DNA of 64,000 nt from Candidatus Omnitrophota bacterium (GCA_041650835.1 JBAZKL010000001.1:637617-701616); one strand, 5' to 3'. Positions 30,301 through 40,032 are shown, numbered from the stretch's first letter. Translations and numbers: made by a program. The notes: generated by a model not told the origin, from the sequence alone.

Positions 30301-30505
30301 TTTCCAGGGGTTCGGAAACTTTCGCCTCTACGTCTTCGGGGCTGGCTCCCGGATAAACCGAGATCACCGTGATGACCGGCGGTTCGATCTTAGGCATGCT
30401 GTCAATACCGATACGGGAAAGGCTATACATGGCGAGGATAATGATCGCGGAAAAGATCATCAGGTTCGTAACGGGTTTTTTTACGCCAAATTCCGGCAAT
30501 TTCAT
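27338..30505 (-). CDS. RND efflux transporter permease (AcrB/CzcA family)
   Basis: 1055 aa, 12 TM helices plus two large periplasmic loops. It overlaps the upstream MFP gene by 4 bp. Confidence 0.9.
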   Translation of the reverse strand: MKLPEFGVKKPVTNLMIFSAIIILAMYSLSRIGIDSMPKIEPPVITVISVYPGASPEDVEAKVSEPLENQLATTPGLEKLTSKSSEGASLITMKFIWGTNLDAATNDVRDRLELAKRFLPDIPDEMDNPFIYKFNTANIPILFMGITAQQSYAQLNDLIDKRVGDAIRQLPGVGTVELLGGLERQVNVSLDKSRLEGYGLSILDIQDILKQENVSQPLGKLKTGLTDYLIRLPGEFIEPEEINTVILGKRDGKIVYLKDVATIEDGFKEVTLNVRINGRSGLMLMIQKQTDTNTVEVANRIKKKLKDLEKTLPADVSMYTIFDTSQDIIDSLDSLKSSVYLGIILVVVVVWFFLRQFLPSLIIALTIPFSLLIAFIYLFLSGKTINTISLSSLAIAAGMVVDNAIVVVDNIYRKLERGNRPTEAAIFGTQEMFLAIAASTLTTVVVFMPMLFIPGVIGIFFSELAVIVTVTLLGSLFTAATFSPMLCSQWMKTVYHAGKDKRFFDRFYEFSENMFRSWESFYSNLLDWCLRHKKTVIIGFAAAFFATMLLVPFVGNEFSPEEDTGDVRLTINLPLGTRLEESEKVAKRIEGILKNDIPEARFYYARTGTVEGRGRGMGQVSGSNIVTAGAKLVAKTKRKRLVWEIAQDLRNKIKKIPGVLKIDIQTGNPIGRMLTGLGGKAVQIEIVGNSFSQTEEIAQKIKGMMEEIPGTVDASISRELQLPELMIEVDRQKAASVGLNMNIISSTLKTCIEGSTASKYREKGDTYDIYVRLEESSRQSIEDIENLTIISPVTQSQVRLSSIAAIREGFVPREIERQNRERVVRVECNTYNRSSGKVVEDLKDAMQAIVLPSDMTINVGGEAEEQKKAFRDLTLLLLLGVSLVYMVMAAQFESLLDPFIIMFSIPFTFIGVVLGFVLTGTTLNIVSFLGAIMLIGIVVNNAIVLISYIIILRARGESMHDAVTNAGRDRLRPVLMTTITTLAGLLPLAISSGVGSETWRPLGITMFGGLTVSTLITLLFVPTLYAIFHRKDTFEKKDRQNTNTIAQAHPPKTGV

Positions 30506-31407
30506 TTTATTTCCCCTTTCCCGGAACCATTTCCGTTATCGATGCTCACCAGGGCGTTTTCATAGAGACGCTGCTGCCCGACAACCACAACCAGATCTCC
30601 TTCTTTTAATCCGCTGGTAACCTCATATAACGACCCCTTACGTATCCCGAAAGAAACCTGATGCATGCGCGCGGTGTTATTTTCTACCGTATACACATAC
30701 GCCTGCGGTTCTTTACCGATGATCGACTCCTTCAGGATCACCGGCACGCCGGTATGTTTTTCAAGCGTCAAAGAGACCTTCACGAACATCCCCGATTTCA
30801 GCAAATACCCCGGATTATCGACGGTGATCTCTACCGGCGCGGCGCGATTCTCTAAATTTACCATCGGGCTTATCTTGGTTATTTTACCCTGGAATTGCCG
30901 CAGAGGATAAGCGTCAACGGACACGCGGGCTTCCTGCCCCAGGGATATCTTCGGCAGATATATTTCAGGGATATCCAGGACAACCTGCACTCTTTCCAAA
31001 GTAACCAGCAAGGCGACCGCGTCCTGAGGCCTAACATGGGCTCCGATATCAACGAAGACCTTGCCCACAACTGCGTCGAGCGGACTTACCACGGGAGCCT
31101 TCTCGTACTTTAAGCCTGTTTCATCCCGGTCTATATAAAAAACGGTCTCACCCTTGGCGACGCTGCTGCCGACTTCATAAATTTGTTCGATTATCTTGCC
31201 GCTGACCTTAGGGTAGACTAAAACCTCCTCATTTGCCTTGATACTCCCCACGTAATCGATGGTCTTCTCTATGTCAGACAAGGAAAGTAAACGGGTCTTA
31301 ACCGGAATGATATCAGGAGCGGCCGCTTTTTTAACCTCACTCCCGCACCCCCCCAAAAAGACAAACAATAAAAGATAAGCCCAAATTCTCTTACTATGCA
31401 TTTTCAA
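30502..31407 (-). CDS. RND efflux periplasmic adaptor (membrane fusion protein), lipoprotein
   Basis: Lipobox LGGC and HlyD-like barrel-sandwich and beta-barrel regions. Confidence 0.85.
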   Translation of the reverse strand: MKMHSKRIWAYLLLFVFLGGCGSEVKKAAAPDIIPVKTRLLSLSDIEKTIDYVGSIKANEEVLVYPKVSGKIIEQIYEVGSSVAKGETVFYIDRDETGLKYEKAPVVSPLDAVVGKVFVDIGAHVRPQDAVALLVTLERVQVVLDIPEIYLPKISLGQEARVSVDAYPLRQFQGKITKISPMVNLENRAAPVEITVDNPGYLLKSGMFVKVSLTLEKHTGVPVILKESIIGKEPQAYVYTVENNTARMHQVSFGIRKGSLYEVTSGLKEGDLVVVVGQQRLYENALVSIDNGNGSGKGEIK

Positions 31408-32666
31408 CCTCCGGCAGCCTTTTCAAACCGCGATTTAGCAATAATATAATCATATATTGATTGTTCCTGATTAAACAAAGAGACCTGATAGCTCAACGAA
31501 GCGTCATTGAGGTCCAATATACTGGCGATCCCGGCCGAAGATTTATCCTGAACGGTTAATAGAGCATCTTGATACACGGCGACCTGCGACCGCATAAGCT
31601 GCAGGAACGAAAGGGCGCTCTTTAATTCCAGATAGGTGGACTTAACCTCTAAAGCGATGTCTTTGATTATTTTTTCTTTCGTCAACCGGGATTGCTTTAA
31701 ATCCGCCAGGGCCCCTTGGACCTTCGCTTTCACCAACCATCCGTCAAATACCGGCCAGGAAACCGTAACTCCTAATATATTATAATCATTGTTATTCCTG
31801 GCGGCGCTGACGTTTGCGCGTGTGGAGCTATAATAATCCCAGGACGCGTACACACTGGGACGGCTATCGGCCTTGGCTACCTCAACGGCTTTCTCTGATT
31901 GTTTCTCCTGCGCCTCATACTGCTTGATCTCCGGCCTCAGGCGCATTGCTTGCAAGAAAGCCTCGTCATAGGCGAGGACTTGCGGCTCATAACTGAACTC
32001 TCCGCGAAGGGTTATCGCGACATTGTCCTGTACATACAGGACATTATTCAAGACCGCCCTGCCCGAATCCAGGTCGTTTAACGAGCTGTCGTAGGCGTCC
32101 TGGACGCTGAGCAAGGACTGCTCCATGCTCAAAACTTCAGATTCCGAAGCCTCGCCAAAAGCATACCGCTCTTTAACCGCCGCCTGATGCGCCCGGGTGT
32201 TCTCAAGGATACTTTTATTAAGCGCGGCAAATTTCTCGGCTAAAAGAAGCGTATAAAATGCTCTTTTAACATTCAAGGCTGTCTCTTGCTTTGCCGCGTC
32301 TAATCCGGCCTCGGTAGCCGCCAAGAAGAATTCATTTTGTTTTATCGTATTGCTGATAGCTGCGCCTTTATACAGGTATTGCCTGACTGAAAGCTGCGAG
32401 GACGCCTGAGAAGCATCCTTCCCATACAGGCCGCGGGTATCAGTCAAACTTGCTTTCGCCGTCAAAGCAGGCAGGCGCGCGGCGCGAGACTCAGCTATCA
32501 GTGCTTTTGCTTTTTGCACATCTTCCTGCTTTAAAAGCACCGCCGCGTTATTACGCAGGGCAAGGGAAAGCGCTTCATCCAGCGTTAAAGAAAGCTCTTC
32601 GGCGCGCAAAAAACCCAGCGGCAGCAGGACAAAGATCATAATAAGAATGTTATTACGCAGCTTCAT
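31404..32666 (-). CDS. TolC-family outer-membrane efflux protein
   Basis: 420 aa with a signal peptide and tandem coiled-coil OEP repeats. Confidence 0.8.
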   Translation of the reverse strand: MKLRNNILIMIFVLLPLGFLRAEELSLTLDEALSLALRNNAAVLLKQEDVQKAKALIAESRAARLPALTAKASLTDTRGLYGKDASQASSQLSVRQYLYKGAAISNTIKQNEFFLAATEAGLDAAKQETALNVKRAFYTLLLAEKFAALNKSILENTRAHQAAVKERYAFGEASESEVLSMEQSLLSVQDAYDSSLNDLDSGRAVLNNVLYVQDNVAITLRGEFSYEPQVLAYDEAFLQAMRLRPEIKQYEAQEKQSEKAVEVAKADSRPSVYASWDYYSSTRANVSAARNNNDYNILGVTVSWPVFDGWLVKAKVQGALADLKQSRLTKEKIIKDIALEVKSTYLELKSALSFLQLMRSQVAVYQDALLTVQDKSSAGIASILDLNDASLSYQVSLFNQEQSIYDYIIAKSRFEKAAGG

Positions 32667-33119
32667 TTAACCCTCTTTTTCATGCAGCAGGATATCGCGT
32701 ATCTGCCCGAGTATCCGCAGATGGTCCCGCCGGTCAGCTTCCGATATCTTTCCGAATATTTTAATAGACATTTGCCGGCGCTGCTGCGAAGTCTTCTTTA
32801 CCAATTCATTGCCTTTAGGGCTTAAGATCACTTTTATAATGCGGCGGTCACGGGAATCATACTTACGCAGGATATAGCCGCCTTTAACTAAACGGTTAAC
32901 GATCCCCGTCATTGCCGCGGTAGAAACATCCATGAGATGAGCCAGGTCGGTCATCTTGGATTCACCCTCCTTATGGATAATATCGAGAACGAGGAATTGC
33001 GGCAGGGTGATCTTTCCTTTATATAATTCATTAGCCTGCCGTTTAGCGAATTCCCGCATAATAACCGGCATAAGAGCGTTTAACTCATCGGCAAATTCCA
33101 ATAAAGAGACCTCGATCAT
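32667..33119 (-). CDS. MarR family transcriptional regulator
   Basis: 150 aa winged HTH (LPQFLVLDIIHKEGESKMTDLAHLMDVSTAAMTGIVNRLVKGGYI). Confidence 0.8.
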   Translation of the reverse strand: MIEVSLLEFADELNALMPVIMREFAKRQANELYKGKITLPQFLVLDIIHKEGESKMTDLAHLMDVSTAAMTGIVNRLVKGGYILRKYDSRDRRIIKVILSPKGNELVKKTSQQRRQMSIKIFGKISEADRRDHLRILGQIRDILLHEKEG

Positions 33120-33226
33120 ATTTAACCCTATAAATATTTAACCATATTAAATGTTAACTACATTAATATAATACCACAGAAAAAACCCCTTGTCAAGCAA
33201 AACAGCTCTAAAGGGATTAAGGTTTT

Positions 33227-33613
33227 TTAGTCTTTTATATTCAAGATCGATTTTACCTGGCTTACCAACTCTTGCGGGGCTACCGGTTTAGGGATAAACC
33301 TGCGGCCGCCGATCTTGCCGGTGCCGGCGCCTACTTCATTTTCCTTGACCAGGGCAGTCAAAAATACTATCGGTATTTTACTGGTTGCCTCTTCCTTGAG
33401 CAGCTGTTCAGCAACTTTGGAGCCGTCCATTTCAGGCATGAAAACATCCAAAAGGACCAGATCAGGCTGGTGCGCCTTTGCCAGATTGATCCCCTGCAGA
33501 GGGCTCATCGAAGTAAGCACTTCAAACTTTCCCGTTTTTTCCAGGATAGACTTGGAAAAATGGCAAATATCCTCTTCATCATCAATGACCAGTATTTTAA
33601 ATTTTCTTTCCAT
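33227..33613 (-). CDS. single-domain CheY-like response regulator receiver
   Basis: KILVIDDEEDI...DLVLLDVFMPEMDGSKV. The start is set at MERKFK. Confidence 0.75.
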   Translation of the reverse strand: MERKFKILVIDDEEDICHFSKSILEKTGKFEVLTSMSPLQGINLAKAHQPDLVLLDVFMPEMDGSKVAEQLLKEEATSKIPIVFLTALVKENEVGAGTGKIGGRRFIPKPVAPQELVSQVKSILNIKD

Positions 33614-33687
33614 AACGCCCCCTTTCGCAGAAAGCCTGACCGCCGTCAGGCAGTCGCACACGCCCGCCGGGCTTACGCGTGCCTTAT

Positions 33688-34203
33688 TTAAAGTGTTTTC
33701 GTAAGGTTCTCCAAGAACAAACTTTCCGCTTCAACCATCTGCCGGTTATGATTTAAAATCCTTACCAATGAACCCGGCCTCTTTTTATCTATAGACTTGA
33801 CCATCTGCCCTAAACCGGCAGAAAGCTTGCGTAAAAGGAAGATCCTCGCCTGCAGCCGGCGCTTGACCATGCCCGGCTTTAAATAATTAAGGAAATACAA
33901 ACTTAAATCTATGCTGAATTGCGGCCTTTTAAAATCAAGGAAACTTTTAGTAAGAAGCGCGGTAAAACGGCTTTGGCCTTTGGAGGTAAGTTCATAAACA
34001 TACCGCGCGGGGCGCCTGCCTGTTTTAACGGTCGTCTTCGCGATAAATCCTTTTTTTTCCAGAACGCGTAACGGATAATAAATAGAACTCAGGTCGATCC
34101 CTGCGAATAAAGCGAATATCTCACGGATCTCTTTCTTGATCTCGTATCCGTGCTTCGGGCTTTCTTTCAGTAAACCCAATAATATCAATTCATGCGCTAT
34201 CAT
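33688..34203 (-). CDS. PadR family transcriptional regulator
   Basis: N-terminal PadR wHTH ([21 protein letters not shown]). Confidence 0.65.
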   Translation of the reverse strand: MIAHELILLGLLKESPKHGYEIKKEIREIFALFAGIDLSSIYYPLRVLEKKGFIAKTTVKTGRRPARYVYELTSKGQSRFTALLTKSFLDFKRPQFSIDLSLYFLNYLKPGMVKRRLQARIFLLRKLSAGLGQMVKSIDKKRPGSLVRILNHNRQMVEAESLFLENLTKTL

Positions 34204-35147
34204 CCGAAACTACCGATATTCCTGAACTTTTGATACCGAAGCTTAAGCAATTCATCCTTCTTAAGGCTTAAAAGCTCCTTCAAATTCTTCTCTATTCTTT
34301 CTTTTAAGACCGCCGCCATCTTTTGAGGGTCACGATGCGCCCCTCCCAGCGGCTCAGGGATCACCTCATCAATAATACCCATTTTTAACAGGTCTTCACC
34401 CGTCAATTTTAACGCGGCCGCGGCTTCAGGGGCTTTTGAACTGCTCTTCCAAAGGATAGCCGCGCAGCCTTCCGGAGAAATGACCGAGTAATAAGCATTT
34501 TCCAGCACACAGACCTTATCGGCGACCCCTACTCCTAACGCGCCTCCCGAACCGCCCTCTCCGATGACAATAGTAATAATAGGGACTGCCAAAACGGTCA
34601 TTTCCCGCAAGTTAAGCGCGATAGCCTGCGCCTGCCCGCGCTCTTCAGCGCCTATCCCCGGATAAGCGCCGGGAGTATCGACTAAGACCACAATGGGAAG
34701 ATTGAACTTATCCGCTATTTGCATCAAACGCAGCGCCTTACGATACCCTTCCGGATGGGCGCAGCCAAAATTCCTTTTCAGGTTTTCTTTAGTATCCCTG
34801 CCCTTTTGATGCCCCATAACCATGACCTTCTGCTTATTGATCGTCGCGAAACCGCCGATCAGGGCTTTATCGTCAGCGAAGCTTCTATCGCCGTGCAACT
34901 CGATAAAATCAGTCATCATCAAAGCGATATAATCAAGCGTATACGGACGATGAGGATGACGGGCAAGCTGTACCCGCTGCCAGGGAGTCAAATGGCTGTA
35001 CGTTTCTTTACGCAGCGATTCCAGTTTTTCTTCCAAACGCTTTACTTCAGAGGATAGATCGATCTTTTTATCTGAAACAAAACTTTTTAATTCCTGTATC
35101 TTTTTCTCGAGTTCTACGATCGGTTTTTCAAAATCCAGTCGGGTCAT
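34200..35147 (-). CDS. accA: acetyl-CoA carboxylase carboxyltransferase alpha subunit
   Basis: 315 aa with the AccA core ([54 protein letters not shown]). Confidence 0.9.
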   Translation of the reverse strand: MTRLDFEKPIVELEKKIQELKSFVSDKKIDLSSEVKRLEEKLESLRKETYSHLTPWQRVQLARHPHRPYTLDYIALMMTDFIELHGDRSFADDKALIGGFATINKQKVMVMGHQKGRDTKENLKRNFGCAHPEGYRKALRLMQIADKFNLPIVVLVDTPGAYPGIGAEERGQAQAIALNLREMTVLAVPIITIVIGEGGSGGALGVGVADKVCVLENAYYSVISPEGCAAILWKSSSKAPEAAAALKLTGEDLLKMGIIDEVIPEPLGGAHRDPQKMAAVLKERIEKNLKELLSLKKDELLKLRYQKFRNIGSFG

Positions 35148-35192
35148 TGCATTATAAGGTTAGGCGGGCAGTTCATTTTTGCCCGCGCGATG

Positions 35193-36013
35193 TTAATCAA
35201 CAATAGTTACTTCGGTATCCACAGGCACGATCGCGTAAAGCTCTTCAACATCCGCGTTCAACATCCGCACGCACCCCTGGGTCACCTGCTGCCCCAGCTT
35301 CTCCGGTTCAACAGTGCCATGGATACCATAACCGGCCATATTAAACCCGAGCCATCGGGTACCCAGGACATTCTCGGGGCTCCCCGGGGCAACCACCGCT
35401 CCCGCCTTAAACCATGTCGGGTTCGGTAATTTATTGATGATCTTAAATGTCCCTACGGGAGTGGAATTATTAAGGCCGGTAGAAACAACATAAGACTTAA
35501 TGATCTCATCTTCGGTTTTAAGCAAAAGGATATTCTGGGATTTATCCACGAATATCGTGAACGGGACGGTCCATACTTTAAGCTTTTTCCCGGGGATGAT
35601 CTTATCGCTGGTTAAATTATTGCTCCTCATGATCAACTCGGTCGTTGTCTTAAATTCTTTAGCGATCTTGATCAAGGCGTCTCCCGGCTTTATTTCATAG
35701 GTAGCCGTCCGCTCCGGGATAAGCGTGGGAGAAAAAAGCAGTTTAATATTCAGTTCTTCGAGCTTCTTCTGCCAGGAAAACATATCGCGTGAACTGGAGA
35801 ATTCTTCGGTCAATTTCGCGTACGCGCTCTTCGCCTCAAGGAGCTTTCCTTGAGCCTCAAACTCTTTTGCCTGAGCGACTAACGATGAAACAGACCCCCC
35901 AGCCCCTCCCGCCATCTGCTGAGGCATGTTACGCCCGTTCATTTTGAGCAGCAAAAAAAACACCGATACTATAAAAATCAAGGGGATCACGATCAAAAGA
36001 ATTTTTTTCACTC
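35193..36013 (-). CDS. L,D-transpeptidase (YkuD) with a LysM domain, membrane anchored
   Basis: LysM (IKPGDALIKIAKEFKTTTELIMRSNNL) and the YkuD catalytic region (HGT...TQGCVRM). The start is proposed at GTG 36013, preceded by a GGAGA RBS. The longer track ORF to 36164 runs into the hairpin array. Confidence 0.7.
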
Positions 36014-36016
36014 TAG

Positions 36017-36360
36017 TCTCCTTTCGCAGAAAGCGAAACACCAACGCAATTCCTCTTAAGCGTTGGGTGTAACAGAAAGGCGCATACCCACACAATTCCA
36101 ATTTGTGTGGGGTGTTCGCAGAAAGCGAAACACGCCGCAGTAAGCGGCGTACTTGCCTATCCAATTAAGGCAAGTGCCAACGCAATTCTGCCGCAGTAAG
36201 CGGCATACCCAGCCACACCAATTAGGCTGGGTGCGATCTGCGTTGGGTGTAACAGAAAGCCGCGTACCGGCGCAATTCCAATCTGCGCCGGGTGCAGGCA
36301 GAAAGCCACACACCCCGCTACACCTATAAAGCGGGGTGCCAATTTGCGCGGGATATTACA
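36017..36360. ncRNA. array of at least 8 tandem stem-loops with variable stems and conserved loop motifs; candidate CsrB/RsmZ-like sRNA on the minus strand, or a structured leader/repeat array
   Basis: Hairpins are caccaacgc/gcgttgggtg, cccacaca/tgtgtggg, cgccgc/gcggcg, cttgcc/ggcaag, gccgc/gcggc, cccagcc/ggctggg, ccggcgc/gcgccgg and ccccgct/agcgggg. Loops are AATTCCAAT-like (AUUGGAAUU on the minus strand). Units recur as taCC[stem]-loop-[stem]GGgtg. The strand is unresolved. Confidence 0.55.
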
Positions 36361-36364
36361 ACAT

Positions 36365-36817
36365 TTAAATCGCTTGCGCGGTGATCGCGATAGCAACTCC
36401 CAGCAAAAATCCGCCGATAACTTCAATAGGGGTGTGGCCGACCAATTCCCGCAGCCGCCCCTCCTGGATCTTGCCTTGCCAATATATATCTTCCATGATC
36501 TTATTTAAGATCTGGGCCTGTTTACCTGCAGAGCGCCTGACCCCCTGCGCGTCAAACATGACCACGATCGCGAATGACGCGGCGAGCGCGAAATCGACAC
36601 TGTCAAAACCTTTCGACAGGCCGATCGCCGTTGCTAAACAAGAGGCCCCGGCAGTATGGCTCGAAGGCATCCCGCCCGTGCCGATAAACCAGCGAAAATC
36701 GAACTTTTTCTCTTTAATAACACCGATGATCACTTTGACGGTCTGAGCGGCTATCCAGCTCAATAAGGTGACCATCAAGATCTTGTTGTGGTAAAACTGG
36801 GTAAAAATATTGTCCAT
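36365..36817 (-). CDS. divergent PAP2 family protein (YuiD/DUF212-like)
   Basis: GGMPSSHTA motif and TM helices. The start is set at MDNIF. Confidence 0.65.
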   Translation of the reverse strand: MDNIFTQFYHNKILMVTLLSWIAAQTVKVIIGVIKEKKFDFRWFIGTGGMPSSHTAGASCLATAIGLSKGFDSVDFALAASFAIVVMFDAQGVRRSAGKQAQILNKIMEDIYWQGKIQEGRLRELVGHTPIEVIGGFLLGVAIAITAQAI

Positions 36818-36827
36818 ACGTATTGCT

Positions 36828-37463
36828 TTATTGTGAGATCGGCTCGACCTGTATCTTGATCCGGGGATAAAACGTCGGCTTCCCATCTTTGATAATATAA
36901 CCGCCGTTTCCTATCATCTCTCGCAGTTGGGCTGTTTTTACTTTTTCTATCTTAACCAATGTTTTAACCTCTTTATTGGTTTTACGCACGTGCTTCTTCA
37001 AATCCCGTATCATCTGCTTGAGCTCGACGACTGAATCCATTTTTTCTTCCAGGTCTTTTTTTTCCTGGGCAGCTTGAGCCAACTGGAGGGTCATTGTTTC
37101 TTTCTGGTTCGCCAAAGACACATTTTCGGCTTTTAAGGCGACAACCTCATTATTCAGCGTTTCTATATCGTTAAGCGCCGCCTGGAACTCCTCGCCGAGC
37201 TGAGCGAGCTTCTCTTCGCCGGCTTTCAACTCCTCCTTGAGCGCTGTATTCTCCGCGGATAAAGAATTACTGACCGCTTTTTCACTTCCCAGGGAAGTTA
37301 ACAACGACTGATTCTCATTTTTCAAAGAAAGAACTTCAGCCTTCATTTTTTCAAGCGCAGCAAGCATGCCATATTTTTCCTGCAGTGAAGCAATATACAT
37401 GTAAACGGTAAATATGGTTATACCCGCTAAAAAAACAACAAATATAATTTTCAAATGCTTCAT
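36828..37463 (-). CDS. membrane-anchored coiled-coil protein
   Basis: N-terminal TM helix followed by about 150 aa of heptad-rich sequence. Confidence 0.5.
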   Translation of the reverse strand: MKHLKIIFVVFLAGITIFTVYMYIASLQEKYGMLAALEKMKAEVLSLKNENQSLLTSLGSEKAVSNSLSAENTALKEELKAGEEKLAQLGEEFQAALNDIETLNNEVVALKAENVSLANQKETMTLQLAQAAQEKKDLEEKMDSVVELKQMIRDLKKHVRKTNKEVKTLVKIEKVKTAQLREMIGNGGYIIKDGKPTFYPRIKIQVEPISQ

Positions 37464-37728
37464 TGAAGCTCCTTGAATACTTTAACAGATTCTATAATTA
37501 TATACCAGAGCCCGGAAAAAGCAAGGTTTTTCCCTATCCCTAAGCGTGGAAAGGCCTTCTTGAGCAAAAGATCTCTTAACTGATCAATGAAGCGTATGGT
37601 GAGATTTTCAATAAATTTTCGTTAGATTTAGCGTTCTAAGACGTCTATTATTAGTGAGGGGATAGATTAGCGGGCAAGGTGACCTTGCTTCTCAGTCTGT
37701 TCACCGATAACCGCAAAACGGAGGCTAC

Positions 37729-39255
37729 ATGGTAGCAAAAATATTCAGCTTCAGCTTATGGGGTTTAGAAGCTTATCCCATTGATATAGAGATAGATATA
37801 TCAAACGGACTGCCCGCGTTAACTATAGTCGGGCTGGCGGATACCGCGGTAAAAGAAAGCAAAGAACGCGTAAAATCAGCCATCAAGAATTCCGGGTTCA
37901 ACTGGCCGGCAGAAAGAATAACCATAAGCCTGGCACCTTCAGATATCAAAAAAGAAGGGACCGGCTTTGACCTGGCGATCGCTTTAGGGATACTATCCGC
38001 CTCAGAGCAGCTTAACAGCGTTAACCTGGAAAGTTTTTGCGTGTTAGGAGAACTTTCCTTAGACGGCTCTATCAGGCCGACCAAAGGTATCTTACCTATC
38101 AGCATATCTTTAGCAAAAACTAAAATAAAAAACCTTATTCTCCCCTGCTGGAACGCGAAAGAAGCAGCGGTCATTTCCGATATCAATGCCTATCCTTTAA
38201 GGACACTGCGGGAAACAGTGGAATTTTTAAGCAATCCGGAAACGATCCAGCCGCTTAAAGTCGATATTAAAGACCTTTTCCAAATCCAGGCGCGTTATCA
38301 AGAGGATTTCTCGGAAGTAAAAGGGCAGTATTTCGCCAAACGCGCCCTCGAAGTCGCGGTCGCGGGAGGCCACAACATCCTCTTCATCGGCCCGCCGGGA
38401 AGCGGAAAGACCATGCTTGCCCAAAGGATACCCACGATCATTCCCGATCTAACGCTCCCGGAAGCCTTAGAAATAACTAAAATACATTCTATAGCCGGTA
38501 TCCTGCCGATAAAAGACGGGATCATTACCCGGCGGCCCTTCCGCCTGCCGCATCATACGATCTCAGGGGCCGCGCTGGTCGGCGGAGGCTCGACTCCGCA
38601 AGCTGGCGAAATAAGCCTGGCGCATCAAGGCGTATTATTCCTGGATGAATTGCCGGAATTTAACCGGAACTGCCTTGAATCGTTGCGCCAGCCTCTCGAA
38701 GACGGGACGATCTCCATATCCCGGGTCAACCGGTCATTTGTTTTCCCGGCTTCTTTCATGCTTGCCTGCGCGATGAACCCCTGCCCCTGCGGGTATTACA
38801 CCGACCCCCATAAAACCTGCAAATGCAACTCCATAAAAATAGACCATTACATGGGAAAGATATCCGGCCCGCTCCTGGACAGGATCGATATCCATATTGA
38901 AATACCCGCCATTCACTATAAAGAATTGACCGATCCCCAAGAAGCCGAACCTTCAGCAGTGATCAAAGCGCGCGTTGAAAAAGCGCGGGTGATACAGCGA
39001 GAACGCTTACGCCATGACCGTATCTTTCATAACGCCCGCATGAGCACAAGGCTGATCAAAAAATACTGCACGCTGGAAGATGAAGCAAAAGAAATACTCC
39101 GGCTGGCAATGACCGAGCTGGGATTATCCGCGCGGGCCTATGATAAGGTCATCCGCGTCAGCCGCACTATCGCTGACCTCGCCGGCTCGGATATAATACG
39201 CGCCGGGCACATCGCCGAAGCCGTGCAATACCGCAGCCTTGACCGGAAATTATGA
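37729..39255 (+). CDS. comM: YifB/ComM family Mg-chelatase-like AAA+ ATPase
   Basis: 508 aa with Walker A GPPGSGKTM, Walker B LFLDELPEF, and N-terminal Lon-like and C-terminal ChlI domains. Confidence 0.9.
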   Translation: MVAKIFSFSLWGLEAYPIDIEIDISNGLPALTIVGLADTAVKESKERVKSAIKNSGFNWPAERITISLAPSDIKKEGTGFDLAIALGILSASEQLNSVNLESFCVLGELSLDGSIRPTKGILPISISLAKTKIKNLILPCWNAKEAAVISDINAYPLRTLRETVEFLSNPETIQPLKVDIKDLFQIQARYQEDFSEVKGQYFAKRALEVAVAGGHNILFIGPPGSGKTMLAQRIPTIIPDLTLPEALEITKIHSIAGILPIKDGIITRRPFRLPHHTISGAALVGGGSTPQAGEISLAHQGVLFLDELPEFNRNCLESLRQPLEDGTISISRVNRSFVFPASFMLACAMNPCPCGYYTDPHKTCKCNSIKIDHYMGKISGPLLDRIDIHIEIPAIHYKELTDPQEAEPSAVIKARVEKARVIQRERLRHDRIFHNARMSTRLIKKYCTLEDEAKEILRLAMTELGLSARAYDKVIRVSRTIADLAGSDIIRAGHIAEAVQYRSLDRKL

Positions 39256-39345
39256 CGACAGGGACCTGTCAAAAGGTGGCTGTCACCCTTTGACTTGATT
39301 AAAGACAAAACCATGAAAAAAACACAACGCTTGAATCTTGCAATT

Positions 39346-39396
39346 GAAGAAGCTTGGTGACTGTCACGTTTTGCGTGACTGTCACCAAGCTTCTCG
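39346..39396. repeat. inverted pair of REP-like palindromes (GTGACTGTCACC core)
   Basis: gaagaagcttggtgactgtcacg tttt gcgtgactgtcaccaagcttctc forms a near-perfect 51 nt palindrome immediately upstream of the RAYT gene. A related copy ggtggctgtcaccc lies at 39276-39289. Confidence 0.6.
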
Positions 39397-39411
39397 GTTT
39401 AAAGCATACTT

Positions 39412-40032
39412 ATGCCGCGCACCTCACGTTTTATTGCAACAAACGCTTTCTACCATATCATATCCCGCTCACTAAATGATACCCATATACTACGAGACAA
39501 CGATGATTTTACGCGTTTCTTTATGCTTGTTGATACAGCAAAACAAAAATATCCCATCCTGATATTTCATTATGTCGCAATGAATACTCATTTTCATTTA
39601 GTAGTACAAGCGCCTAATCATGAGATTCTTTCTAAGAATATTTCGCATCTAAAATGGCATTACACATTGTGGATGAGAAAAAAATACGGATGGAAAGGCC
39701 CCCTATGGAAGGAACGATACAAAAGTTTACCTATCGAAAACGAAAATTATCTTTATGCCTGCGGAATGTATATCGCCTATAACCCTGTCCGGGCGGGGGT
39801 ATGCAAAGACCCCGGTGATTACCCTTACAGCAGCTTCCGAAAATACCATAGAGGAATAAATGATCCGTTGATCGATCTCCAAGAAAGCCAGAAAGGTGAC
39901 AGTCACCTTTCTGAACAATGGGATTTCCGTTCGAATTTGCTAAAAAATATTTTCAGCCACTCTTCAGCTATCGGCTCAACCCTTTTTATCGAAAAACTTA
40001 AACAACCCCGAAATGCCTGTCCCCAAAAGTGA
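39412..40032 (+). CDS. REP-associated tyrosine transposase (RAYT; IS200/IS605 Y1 transposase-like)
   Basis: Y1 transposase motifs are present: HTH-like N-terminus, HFHLVV (HuH) and the C-terminal YIAYNPVRAGVCKDPGDYPYSSF. The gene is flanked by REP palindromes. Confidence 0.8.
   Translation: MPRTSRFIATNAFYHIISRSLNDTHILRDNDDFTRFFMLVDTAKQKYPILIFHYVAMNTHFHLVVQAPNHEILSKNISHLKWHYTLWMRKKYGWKGPLWKERYKSLPIENENYLYACGMYIAYNPVRAGVCKDPGDYPYSSFRKYHRGINDPLIDLQESQKGDSHLSEQWDFRSNLLKNIFSHSSAIGSTLFIEKLKQPRNACPQK

Noticed and set aside
33120-33226. Possible MarR operator palindrome (ttaacc...gttaa) between the MarR gene and the receiver gene
   Set aside because: The symmetry is imperfect and AT-rich. It cannot be distinguished from a chance AT-rich promoter sequence without comparative data.
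35193-36164. Long version of the L,D-transpeptidase ORF starting at 36164
   Set aside because: The N-terminal 50 codons run through the hairpin-repeat region. A GTG at 36013 with a GGAGA RBS, placed just before the TM helix, is a more plausible start.
36017-36360. Possibility that the hairpin array is a CRISPR array
   Set aside because: The repeat units are not identical in sequence. Only the structure and loop motif are conserved, there is no regular repeat-spacer periodicity, and no cas genes are nearby.
36056-36426. Track ORFs 36056-36313 (-) and 36157-36426 (-) of 85 and 89 aa
   Set aside because: They lie entirely within the tandem hairpin array. Their low-complexity repeating peptides (CAGTRLSVTPNA repeats) are translation artefacts of the DNA repeats.
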